This document shows, piece after piece, positions 20,310 through 28,991 of a stretch of 64,000 nucleotides of DNA. The notes under the pieces are model-generated. The model was not told the DNA's origin. It saw only the letters and a list, made by a program, of their open reading frames with translations, and made no database searches. Source of the stretch: an uncultured Holophagales bacterium (lineage in GTDB: Bacteria; Acidobacteriota; Thermoanaerobaculia; Multivoradales; UBA5704); contig CAWJGT010000009.1 in assembly GCA_963842525.1 (NCBI GenBank), positions 1,152,001 through 1,216,000 on the forward strand, in the 5' to 3' direction. Within the stretch, counting starts at the first letter, position 1; every line of letters begins with the position of its first letter. The position numbers were made by a program, and so were the translations under genes.

Positions 20310-20418
20310 CCCTGGGAGCGCGCCCTGTGCATGGTGTGACTCGTGGTAAAATCTCTTCGTTGCGCTCTTGCGGGTTCCTGTGGTCTGATTCCGGAACCGC
20401 GCGGGAAAGGATGGCACG

Positions 20419-21219
20419 ATGACCGCGATCCCTCTCGAGGACGAGACCTACTATCCCGAATCCGACGGCGAGCCGATGGCGGAAACCGAGCTCCATCTGG
20501 AAGAGATAGTCTATGTGTGGCAAGCCTTGAAGGACCGGTTTGCGGAGAAGCCCGATGTCTTCGTGGGCGCAAACCTTTTCCTGTACTACCGGAAGGGGGA
20601 CCCCAGGGCGGTCGTGGCCCCAGACGGCTTTGTCGTCAAGGGAGTCCCGAAGCTGCTGCCCGGCAACCGCCGGCGCCGGAAGTATCGCCTGTGGGAAGAG
20701 GGCCAGGCGCCCTGTTTCGTGCTGGAGACGACTTCGGAGGACACGCAGGACCAGGACAAGAAGGGCAAGAAAGACACCTACGAGGAGCTGGGCGTCGACG
20801 AGTACTTCCTGTTCGATCCTCTGGGCGACTACCTGAGCCCCCGTCTTCAGGGCTTTCAACTCGTGGGGCGCTGGTACCGCCCGATCCGGCCGCAGCCGGA
20901 TGGCTCGCTTATCAGCCATACCACTGGAGTCATCTTTCGACCTGACGGGACGCAGCTTCGTCTGACGGATGCGCGCACCGGGGCTCCGCTGCTCCGCAAG
21001 GAAGAGGAAGCGGAGGCACGGCGCAGGGCCGAGGCGAGAGCCGCCGCCGAGGCAGAGGCCCGCCAACAGGCCGAGGAGAAGGCTGCCGCCGAGGCAGAGG
21101 CCCGCCATCAGGCCGAGGAGAAGGCTGCCGCCGAGGCGGAGGCCCGCCAGCGAGCCGAGGAGATGGTTCGAGCCCTCGAGCAGGAGCTCGCCCGCCTGCG
21201 CCTCGCAACACCGTCTTGA
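20419..21219 (+). CDS. Uma2 family (PD-(D/E)XK) endonuclease with repetitive coiled-coil tail
   Basis: YPESDGEPMAET..H, FVGANLFLYY, VAPDGFVV, P.FVLETTS, YEELGVDEYFLFDP; tail of 14-aa AEAEARQQAEEKAA repeats. Confidence 0.9.
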   Translation: MTAIPLEDETYYPESDGEPMAETELHLEEIVYVWQALKDRFAEKPDVFVGANLFLYYRKGDPRAVVAPDGFVVKGVPKLLPGNRRRRKYRLWEEGQAPCFVLETTSEDTQDQDKKGKKDTYEELGVDEYFLFDPLGDYLSPRLQGFQLVGRWYRPIRPQPDGSLISHTTGVIFRPDGTQLRLTDARTGAPLLRKEEEAEARRRAEARAAAEAEARQQAEEKAAAEAEARHQAEEKAAAEAEARQRAEEMVRALEQELARLRLATPS

Positions 21220-21357
21220 GCTTCCCGAGAGGAGGGGAGGCCCGCCTGAGCCTGGATAACACACGGCACCGTCTCTCCGCACCAGGCGCCTTCTCCCCGG
21301 GAGTGTTGCGATTCTGCGCAGCAATGCTCCCGAACGTTCCGCGCTCACAAACATCAC

Positions 21358-21479
21358 GGCTTCCAAGTCCACAGCCTCGTCTATGCCCTGCTGCGCATGA
21401 ACCGCCTGCCGACCGGCGCGCCCGAAGAGCCGCCGTCCGGGCTGCGTCAAGTCGATCCTCGAAGAAGCTCCTGACCCTG
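21358..21479 (+). repeat. Diverged 122-bp direct duplicate of the 3' end of the 19026-20309 gene (20193-20314)
   Basis: Direct alignment; differences are mostly at third codon positions (tac/tat, cgg/cgc, ccc/ccg, gca/gcg, cag/caa). Confidence 0.85.
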
Positions 21480-21493
21480 CAAAAGCGTCGCGC

Positions 21494-21949
21494 GAGACGC
21501 ATCCAGCGCCACCTGATAGGCGTTCAGGGTCGCACTGGATCGATCCAGCGTCGCACTGGATGCGTTCAGCGCCACCTGGATCGATCCAGGGTCACCCGAT
21601 AGGCGTTCAGGCCGGGCTGGATCGATCCAGCGTCACGCCGGATGCGTTCAGAGTCTTCTGGATCGATCGAGGGTTACGTGAAATGGATCCAGAGTCACCT
21701 GATAGGCGTTCAGGATGACGCTGAATCGATCCAGCGTCACGTTGGATCCATCCAGACTCTTCTGGATCGATCCAGGCCGCGTGAAACGCATCCAGCGTCA
21801 CCCGATAAGCCTTCAGGGTCGCACTGGATCGATCCAGCGCGACGCCGGATGCGTTCAGCGCCACCTGGATCGATCCAGGGTCGCAAGAAATGCATCCAGC
21901 GCCACTCGATATCCATGCAGGGTGACGCTGGATCGATCCAGGTGGACCT
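21494..21949. repeat. Degenerate tandem array of about 22 units of 20-21 bp, core TGGATCGATCCAG
   Basis: Units such as tggatcgatccagcgtcgcac, gataggcgttcagggtcgcac, cggatgcgttcagcgccacc, gaaacgcatccagcgtcaccc. Confidence 0.85.
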
Positions 21950-22250
21950 GAAGCCGCAGCGCGGAGCCTCTGGAAGGAACGACTTCGGGCACGGATCGGT
22001 TGTGGGAGCGGGAAGGGGCAAGGTGAGGGGGCGGATGGCAGCTTGCCCCCTCCAGAGAAGAGCTACTTCACGGCGTCGGAATGGAGGCTGGGCTCTGCAA
22101 CTCGGCCGGCTGCGGTTTCGGCTGCCCGGTGGACTCCGACCTGGCCCCAAGGCGCCGTGGGAGTGGCCTCCAACCTGTGGGCGCCCTTCGGTGAACGCAG
22201 AGCGGACGGATCTCGGATGAGCTAGAATCGGAAGGGAGGATGTTAGTCGA

Positions 22251-22447
22251 GTCGCTACTTAAGCCTCGCCCGTTTTGGGAAGCGTCCGAGGGGAGAAACC
22301 AAGGTCAGAGACTCGGGAAATCTGACCGTCCGGGATCGTAGGGGGGGCCTCCGGGAATGTGGCTATGGAGACTGGGTTACGAACCATGCGTAAAGCAGTA
22401 GAGATCTCTCCATATCCTAAGGGGCGCGCACCGCAATTCTATCCTGA
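22251..22447 (+). ncRNA. ORF-less group II intron-like remnant (domains V-VI)
   Basis: DV-like gagactcgggaaatctgaccgtccgggatc, then gtagggggg, a long DVI-like stem, and the end ..ttctatcctgat (bulged A, AY terminus). Confidence 0.55.
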
Positions 22448-22464
22448 TCGAATGGGAGGCTTTC

Positions 22465-23208
22465 TTGCCGTACGATCAGTTGGTTGAGGAGCTAGCCCCT
22501 CTCGAGGTATTGCCAGCGGCCGCTTTCGAAGGCTCGGCGGACACGCCTCAGCACGTGTGCAACCTCGTCCTTGCCCTTGCAGTCGTCTACAATGATCTTC
22601 GCGACATTGCGACGGCGCACCTGCTCCTCAAGGAAGTCCAGCCCGCCTCTCCGAAGACAGCATCGATCGAATCGGGTCATTTCGGTGGCCTCTTCACGGC
22701 TCTTTTGCGTCTGCAGTCCGGTGTCATCCATGAGTTTCTCGCTCTCCTAAGGCGGAATCGTAAGGCGGCTCGAGATCCAGCGTTTTTAGCTCTGATCGGC
22801 GCAGTCGATGAGCAAGCGCGAGATGCATGGGCTGCGATTCAAGACGTGGCTGACGGCCATCCCAAAGGCGACCCTCTAGGCGCTGCCCTGTTTCACCTGA
22901 GGAACAAGGTGTCTTTTCACTATGACCCCAAGATTCTTCATCAGGGTCTCGTCGATCACATTCAACGGGGTCCTCGACGACAGCTCTTCATCTCCCGCGG
23001 TGGCGCCATGAGGCACGCTAGGTTCTACTTCGCCGACGCAGCGGCAGAGGCCGCCTTGGTCGGAGAGCTTGAGGAGCCCGCCGTTAAGGAATTCTTCACT
23101 TTCAAGGGCCCCCTCATCGAGGGCGTGAACAGGGCCTTGTACCAGATCGTGACCCTTTTCGTAGAACATCGGGGATACACCTATGAGCCGTATCGACCGG
23201 TCGCCTAA
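22465..23208 (+). CDS. Cassette-borne hypothetical protein with HEPN-type RxxxxH motif (AbiU2-like putative RNase)
   Basis: All-helical, LRNKVSFHYD. Lower GC than flanks. Stop codon lies within the attC R'' box. Confidence 0.55.
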   Translation: MPYDQLVEELAPLEVLPAAAFEGSADTPQHVCNLVLALAVVYNDLRDIATAHLLLKEVQPASPKTASIESGHFGGLFTALLRLQSGVIHEFLALLRRNRKAARDPAFLALIGAVDEQARDAWAAIQDVADGHPKGDPLGAALFHLRNKVSFHYDPKILHQGLVDHIQRGPRRQLFISRGGAMRHARFYFADAAAEAALVGELEEPAVKEFFTFKGPLIEGVNRALYQIVTLFVEHRGYTYEPYRPVA

Positions 23209-23273
23209 CCCCGGCCTCAACCGAACAGGGACCGCACTTCACACGGTCCTGCCGGTTAGGCTTCAGGTTATTG
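23203..23273 (+). mobile_element. Integron attC recombination site
   Basis: R'' GCCTAAC - 5 bp - L'' CCTCAACC (extra C) - central hairpin cagggaccg/cggtcctg - L' GGTTAGG - spacer - R' GTTATTG. Confidence 0.8.
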
Positions 23274-23277
23274 ACGC

Positions 23278-23928
23278 ATGATTACAATGACGAAGCCCTC
23301 TAGGACGCTTTGCCTGGGCTGTGCGCACATCTTCCCAAGCACAGAAACGGAGGGTATTTCCTGCCCGGCCTGTGGTTTCCTTAACGAAGGACCGACCTTC
23401 CGAAAGCTTCTTACCTATGCGACGGTGGCCGCGGACTATGGCTACGGTTACCGAGCCGTCTACGAAGAGGAACTTGAAGAGCAAGGCGAGATTCCTGCTT
23501 ATGGAATGCTCCCGATTTCCGAGGTATTTGTGTGGATGGCGCTCGCAGCATTGAGTGGTATCGTCGGCGGTGCCTCCTGGGAAATTGCGGGTGCTGCCGT
23601 GCGTCGCATTATTAAGCAAGCGGCGAAGGAGAAGGCAGAATCATCGGAGCTCAATGCATTCGAGGATGAGAAGGAGTTCAAGCAGTTTCTTATCTATATA
23701 CAAGATTTCGTCGAGGGCTTCCGCAATACCGACCCTCGAGTGAGGAGTGCCGTCCTGACGGAGATGGTGATCAATGAGAAGGTGAGACTGCACTTGGAGG
23801 AGGGTTACCGAGGTGCTCCTGAAGAGGAAAATACGCTAGCGATGCGGAGAGTTAAGAGTATCCTGCAGGACGTGCCGAGCAAAGAGGACTTCCATGAGGT
23901 ATGGAAGAACATAGACCTTTCAGGTTAA
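23278..23928 (+). CDS. Cassette-borne hypothetical protein with CxxC-CxxC Zn ribbon and one hydrophobic helix
   Basis: CLGC..CPAC; VFVWMALAALSGIVGGASW; starts just after the attC; lower GC. Confidence 0.7.
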   Translation: MITMTKPSRTLCLGCAHIFPSTETEGISCPACGFLNEGPTFRKLLTYATVAADYGYGYRAVYEEELEEQGEIPAYGMLPISEVFVWMALAALSGIVGGASWEIAGAAVRRIIKQAAKEKAESSELNAFEDEKEFKQFLIYIQDFVEGFRNTDPRVRSAVLTEMVINEKVRLHLEEGYRGAPEEENTLAMRRVKSILQDVPSKEDFHEVWKNIDLSG

Positions 23929-23976
23929 TGGGGGCGCGCATCTGGCTCCATACCATTCACCAATGAGCCTCCTACA

Positions 23977-24640
23977 ATGAAAGTTCTCGCCTTCGGCGCA
24001 ACAGGCTATGCGGGAGGGAGTGTCCTTCGCGTCTGTCTCTCCTCGCCACGGGTTGAGGACGTGCGTGTGATCACGCGACGGCCGCTGAAAGTTGCGCACG
24101 ACAAGGTTCGGGTGTTCGTTCATGAAGACTTTCTGGATTACGGTGCCATCGCGGAGGCGTTTGTCGGCCTCGATGCCTGCCTCTTCTGTCTCGGGATCTC
24201 CGCCACGCAGGTGTCGGGTGAGGCGGAGTATCGCAGGATCACCTACGACTTCGCTCTGGCCGCCGCCAGGGCGCTCCAGCTTCAGAGCCCCACCGCAGCG
24301 TTTCATTTCATCAGCGGGCAGGGCACGCGCTTGGACAGTCGCATGATGTGGGCTCGTGTGAAGGCCGAGACGGAGCGGGACCTGATCGGTCTCGTGGAAA
24401 CGGCTGGCGTCCGGCATTTATCGATGGGGAGGCATCCGAAAGCGGGCCGCGGATCTACCAGGCCCTGCGTCCTCTGTTTCGTCTGCTCAAGCCGTTCCGG
24501 AGCCTGTACGTGACAGGCGAGGACATTGGGCGTGCGATGCTCTAGGCGGCGAGCGAGGGGATGCGCGGGCGGATTCTCGAAAACGCCGAGATCCGCGACA
24601 TCGCGTTACGTTCGGACTTGGAGTCGACGAGCGGAGGCGA
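23977..24640 (+). pseudogene. NAD(P)-binding Rossmann/epimerase-like protein, copy 1 (frameshift near 24405, premature TAG at 24543)
   Basis: MKVLAFGATGYAG, DACLFCLG, FHFISG, MWARVKAETE. Confidence 0.75.
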
Positions 24641-24949
24641 GGGTGCGGGTTCCTCGTCGGCGTACTTCGCGAACGATCCGATGGCGAAGGCCTTCCCATC
24701 CGCGGCCTCCTGGAGGCCCCTGCGGACGGCCGCCAGGGCCTTCGGGTTCCGGTAGAGCCAAGCCTCAGAAGCCGGGATAGAGACCTGGGGATCGAGGACG
24801 ATCTGCCCGCTCGAATTTTTGTAGACGTCAAATCGAACGTCGTCGGCCAACCCTGCCAGCGCCTTGCCAAGAGTCAATCTCCGCTTGGAGTCGGGGCGGA
24901 CATCCTGTGCGATGAGCTCAAGCTCCTGGTGCTTCTTGGATCGTGGCAT
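24542..24949 (-). CDS. AbrB/SpoVT-like antitoxin-type protein, copy 1
   Basis: DSKRRLTLGK..GQIVLDPQVSIPASEAWLY.NP.A...VRRGL..A..G; no toxin partner downstream. Confidence 0.65.
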   Translation of the reverse strand: MPRSKKHQELELIAQDVRPDSKRRLTLGKALAGLADDVRFDVYKNSSGQIVLDPQVSIPASEAWLYRNPKALAAVRRGLQEAADGKAFAIGSFAKYADEEPAPSPPLVDSKSERNAMSRISAFSRIRPRIPSLAA

Positions 24950-25069
24950 GAGGGAAGTATATACGCCCGTGGGTCGGCTGTCCAAGTGGGAATCTCCCAC
25001 TCTCTTCTCCCTGGTCCCCCCGCTGCCGGAGTTAGGAAGCGCCCAAGAATGCCTACCGGACATTCCGTC

Positions 25070-25098
25070 TTGACGTGCATAACGAAGCGATGTAGAGT
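25070..25098 (+). promoter_or_regulatory. Sigma70-type promoter for the nuclease gene
   Basis: TTGACG - 17 nt - TAGAGT. Confidence 0.55.
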
Positions 25099-25176
25099 CA
25101 TTAAATAAAAGGAGCCAAGGATCCTGCGCGCCGATGTCCTTCCACCGGCAATGGGTCCGTTCGACGGGAGAAAACC

Positions 25177-26103
25177 ATGTCTGAACAGACTGAGACAGAA
25201 CATTTCCGGCAAATCGTTTCGGAATCTGACATAGATTGGCTCGTTTGCGTGGAGCTGAACGCGAATTCAGCCTTTCGCGGCTGGATGGTGTCGAAAATTC
25301 TTCCGGGCGCTTCTCTCATTCAACATGACCGAGCATGGCGGTCGGTTAGCAATGCTCTCGGAGAAACAGATCTGCTATGGCGTTTCACCACCGCTGATGG
25401 CAACCGGCATCTGGTTCTGATTGAGAACAAGATCGGGGCTGTGGCACAGCCCGAGCAGTATCTCCGCTACCTTCTGAGGGGTGAGGATTACCGCCTTGAG
25501 AGCCTGTGCAGCAGCTTCTCTGTGGCACTGCTGGCTCCGGAGCGATATCGTTCTGAGGATTCTGTCAGCTATTCGATCCGCATCTCCTATGAGGAGGTGC
25601 GCGAATGGCTCCGGGCGTGTGGCGACGAGCGTTCGAGTTATCTGGCGCTCCTCTTTGACGCCGCCATCAATAAGTTGGGCTCGCTCGCGCCCGTCGATGG
25701 TGAGGTATCCAGGTTTCAGGAACTGGTCTGGCAGTTGGCGCGTCGAGAGTTCCCGGAGCTTCATGTGCCGGATCCGAGGGGCGTCAGTGCAACTCAACAC
25801 TGGGTATATATGCGATATCCCGCTTTCACTCTGATTTACAAGATGTACAAGACAAGCGGCAAGTTTGGCGACTGTGTGGTTGATCTTGAGCTGGCTGGCC
25901 GTGCGAGTGAAGTCGACGCACTCCGGGTGAAGTATATGCAACATCTGACAGGTTCAAACGTCTCGGTTCAACAAACAGGGAAGTCTGCGGCGTTCCGGAT
26001 CCAAGTTCCGCCCATTGAGCCTCCCAATTTTGACGAACAGAAGGTGCGTGAAGGACTACAGGCAGCGCTGCTTCTGTGGTGGCAGCGAGCCAATACGGAC
26101 TGA
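25177..26103 (+). CDS. PD-(D/E)XK nuclease family protein
   Basis: GETDLL..VLIENKIGA..QPEQYLRY..ISYEEV; markedly lower GC than host genes. Confidence 0.8.
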   Translation: MSEQTETEHFRQIVSESDIDWLVCVELNANSAFRGWMVSKILPGASLIQHDRAWRSVSNALGETDLLWRFTTADGNRHLVLIENKIGAVAQPEQYLRYLLRGEDYRLESLCSSFSVALLAPERYRSEDSVSYSIRISYEEVREWLRACGDERSSYLALLFDAAINKLGSLAPVDGEVSRFQELVWQLARREFPELHVPDPRGVSATQHWVYMRYPAFTLIYKMYKTSGKFGDCVVDLELAGRASEVDALRVKYMQHLTGSNVSVQQTGKSAAFRIQVPPIEPPNFDEQKVREGLQAALLLWWQRANTD

Positions 26104-26168
26104 CGAATGCCTGTACCGAATTGCTTCGCCGGCAATGAGGCATCCCGTTCACCGCTGAGGTTCCTACG

Positions 26169-26833
26169 ATGAAAGTGCTCGTCTTCGGCGCAACAGGCTC
26201 AGCGGGAGGGAGTGTCCTTCGCGTCTGCCTTTCCACGCCACGGGTTGAGGAGGTGCGTGTCATTACGCGACGCCCGCTGAAGGTTACGCACGACAAGCTT
26301 CGGGTGTTTGTTCATGAAGACTTTGTGGACTATGGTGCCATCGCGGAGGCCTTTGTCGGCCTCGATGCATGCCTCTTCTGTCTGGGGATCTCCGCCACGC
26401 AGGTGTCGGGCGAGGCGGAGTATCGCAAGATCACCTACGACTTCGCTCTGGCCGCCGCCAAGGCGCTTCAGCTTCAGAGCCCCACCGCAGCGTTTCATTT
26501 CATCAGCGGGCAGGGCACGCGCTTGGACAGTCGCATGATGTGGGCTCGTGTGAAGGCCGAGACGGAGCGGGACCTGATCGGTCTCGTGGAAACGGCTGGC
26601 GTCCGGCATTTATCGATGGGGAGGCATCCGAAAGCGGGCCGCGGATCTACCAGGCCCTGCGTCCTCTGTTTCGTCTGCTCAAGCCGTTCCGGAGCCTGTA
26701 CGTGACAGGCGAGGACATTGGGCGTGCGATGCTCGAGGCGGCGAGCGAGGGGATGCGCGGGCGGATTCTCGAAAACGCCGAGATCCGCGACATCGCGTTA
26801 CGTTCGGACTTGGAGTCGACGAGCGGAGGCTGA
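26169..26833 (+). pseudogene. NAD(P)-binding Rossmann/epimerase-like protein, copy 2 (same frameshift near 26595)
   Basis: MKVLVFGATGSAG..; C-terminus WRPAFIDG..YVTGEDIGRAML..ILENAEIR is in another frame. Confidence 0.75.
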
Positions 26834-27142
26834 GGGTGCGGGTTCCTCGTCGGCGTACTTCGCGAACGATCCGATGGCGAAGGCCTTCCCATCCGCGGCC
26901 TCCTGGAGGCCCCTGCGGACGGCCGCCAGGGCCTTCGGGTTCCGGTAGAGCCAAGCCTCAGAAGCCGGGATAGAGACCTGGGGATCGAGGACGATCTGCC
27001 CGCTCGAATTTTTGTAGACGTCAAATCGAACGTCGTCGGCCAACCCTGCCAGCGCCTTGCCAAGAGTCAATCTCCGCTTGGAGTCGGGGCGGACATCCTG
27101 TGCGATGAGCTCAAGCTCCAAGTGCTCCTTGGATCGTGGCAT
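26798..27142 (-). CDS. AbrB/SpoVT-like antitoxin-type protein, copy 2
   Basis: As copy 1; TATACT -10 box 6 nt before ATG. Confidence 0.65.
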   Translation of the reverse strand: MPRSKEHLELELIAQDVRPDSKRRLTLGKALAGLADDVRFDVYKNSSGQIVLDPQVSIPASEAWLYRNPKALAAVRRGLQEAADGKAFAIGSFAKYADEEPAPSASARRLQVRT

Positions 27143-27375
27143 GAGGGAAGTATACGCCCGTGGGTCGGCTGTCCAAGTGGGAATCTCCCACTCTCTCCCC
27201 CGGCACCCCCGCTGCCGGAGTTGGGTCCCGCTCGGGAATTGGAGAACCTGCTTACAGTCGAGAGCCGCTGCGAGCCTGAAAGCTATGGTACTGAGTCCTA
27301 GGTGGCTGTGAGCACGGCAGACGTGGCGGATATCGAGCCTCTAGGCGGTCGAGATGGCCACCGCGAATGGGAGTG

Positions 27376-27690
27376 ACGGTCCCGCGGCGTGCACTGGCGG
27401 TCCCGCGGGACCACTTCACCTCGCCGCGGGGAACGTGCACGGTCCCGCGGTGTGCTCCGGCGGTCCTGCGGGGCCACTTGACCTCACGGCGGTGAATGTG
27501 CACGGTCCCGCGGCGTGCACTGGCGGTCCCGCGGGACCACTTGACCTCACGGCGGTGAATGTGCACGGTCCCGCGGTGTGCTCCGGCGGTCCTGCGGGGC
27601 CACTTGACCTCACAGCGGTGAATGTGCACGGTCCCGCGGCGCGCACTGGCGGTCCCGCGGGACCACTTCACCTCACGGCGGGGAACGAAC
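27376..27690. repeat. Tandem array of five 63-bp units in alternating A/B variants
   Basis: acggtcccgcggcgtgcactggcggtcccgcgggaccacttcacctc... repeated; internal palindrome ggtcccgcgggacc. Confidence 0.9.
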
Positions 27691-27716
27691 CCGGCCGATC
27701 GAGCGCCGCGCTCTTA

Positions 27717-27972
27717 GAGGGTGTCTCGAAAGTCTCTGCCGAAGAGTTTCTCCCTGGGACCGCGGGCGTCTCGCCCGCCCTCTCCTCACGCTCGGGCCGG
27801 CGTCGGGTTGGCGGCAACGCCGCGGTCGATGAAAGTCTGTGCGGGCGAGACGCCCGCGGTCCCAGGGGGCCCCCACCACGCCCAACAGGAAAACCCTCTG
27901 GCCTGACACGCTACGCCTACGTCTCCTTTCCCCGTTCGGGGAGGGTTCGCGCAGGACTTTTGAAACACCCTC
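27717..27972. mobile_element. MITE (IS5-like ends) carrying an internal REP doublet
   Basis: TIRs GAGGGTGTCTCGAAAGTC / GACTTTTGAAACACCCTC (2 mismatches), flanked by TTA on both sides. Internal ctgggaccgcgggcgtctcgcccgc...gcgggcgagacgcccgcggtcccag. Confidence 0.7.
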
Positions 27973-27985
27973 TTAGAGGAGCTCG

Positions 27986-28153
27986 TCAGGCGCGGAGCGG
28001 TGGGGGATCTTCAATTTCGGGGAAATCCTCGTCGAGAGGCTCCCACGAGGCTGCAAGCTCCAACAGAGACGGTCTCCGCACCGGCTCTACAACCAGGCGG
28101 TCCCCTTCTTTGCGGAGAAGAGCTTCATTGCCAGGCAATTCGAGGTCTCGCGG
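27986..28153 (-). pseudogene. 5'-truncated VagC/AbrB-type antitoxin remnant
   Basis: Reverse strand reads PRDLELPGNEALLRKEGDRLVVEPVRRPSLLELAASWEPLDEDFPEIEDPP. Confidence 0.65.
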
Positions 28154-28190
28154 AAACGCGGGACAAACGAAGTGCTATTATCTCCTTATC

Positions 28191-28970
28191 GTGTCGGAGG
28201 TCGAGGAGCGCCAGGAGCTTGACGAGGAGGGGCGGGTCCGCGAGCGGTACCCGTTCCGGGATGGCCGGCTGGACGGCGAGGCGGTCTCGTCTGATGAGGA
28301 GGGCCGCGTGGTGCGCACGGCCCAGTTCAAGGCCGGCGTGCTGGACGGCGAGGTCGTCAACTATGACGAGCAGGGCCGGGTACAGCAGCGCGCGCAGTTC
28401 CGCAGCGGTCTGCTGCACGGCGAGACGGTCCTCTACGACGAGAACGGCTGGGTCGCGCAGCGGATCGGTTACAGCCGGGGCAAGCAGGACGGCGAGAGCG
28501 TCCTCTTCAATGCCGGCCGGGTGGTGCTGCGGTTCCACTACCGCAACGGCGTCCGCGAGGGGGAGATGCTCTCCTATGACGAGAAGGGGCAGGTGACCTC
28601 GCGCATGATGTACCGCGGCGGCAAGCCGAACGGCGAGGCGGTCTGGTATGACCCGCGGGGGCGGGTGATCCGCAAGGCGGCCTATCGCGACGGCAAGCTT
28701 CATGGCGAGGTGATCGACTTCCACGACACGGGGGAGCCGCGGGAGAAGGCCGTCTACCAGGACGACCTCCTCGAGGGCACGATGATCCGCTATCATCGGA
28801 ACGGCAAGATTCAAGAGAAGCTCACGTTCCGGGAGGGCAAGCTGATCGGCGAGCCCATCGAGTACGACGAGAAGGGGATGCCCAAGGCCAAGGGGGGAGC
28901 GCAGCCTCCATCGCCGAAGGGCTCCTGGTTGGGAAAAATCGCCGCCGCGCGCACCGCCGGCGGCTCTTGA
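28191..28970 (+). CDS. MORN-variant repeat protein (YwqK antitoxin-like)
   Basis: About ten repeats of Y..G.L.GE...YD..G. GTG start at 28191; the longer ORF call reads through upstream repeats. Confidence 0.85.
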   Translation: MSEVEERQELDEEGRVRERYPFRDGRLDGEAVSSDEEGRVVRTAQFKAGVLDGEVVNYDEQGRVQQRAQFRSGLLHGETVLYDENGWVAQRIGYSRGKQDGESVLFNAGRVVLRFHYRNGVREGEMLSYDEKGQVTSRMMYRGGKPNGEAVWYDPRGRVIRKAAYRDGKLHGEVIDFHDTGEPREKAVYQDDLLEGTMIRYHRNGKIQEKLTFREGKLIGEPIEYDEKGMPKAKGGAQPPSPKGSWLGKIAAARTAGGS

Positions 28971-28991
28971 CGCCGTGATACGAGGCCCGAG

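Larger units (their letters stand above)
23949..25033. repeat. Copy 1 of a direct repeat of about 1.08 kb (copy 2 at 26141-27222)
   Basis: Near-identical sequence covering an NAD(P)-binding gene and an AbrB-like gene. Confidence 0.92.
26141..27222. repeat. Copy 2 of the direct repeat of about 1.08 kb
   Basis: See copy 1. Confidence 0.92.

Noticed and set aside
21494-21949. CRISPR array
   Set aside because: Period is 20-21 bp with variable parts of only 7-8 nt, the repeats are degenerate and there are no cas genes
21950-22240. Integron integrase
   Set aside because: No tyrosine recombinase motifs or plausible ORF seen
27354-28190. N-terminal half of the 538-aa ORF as real protein
   Set aside because: It reads through the 63-bp array, a MITE and an antisense antitoxin remnant; the real MORN gene starts near 28191
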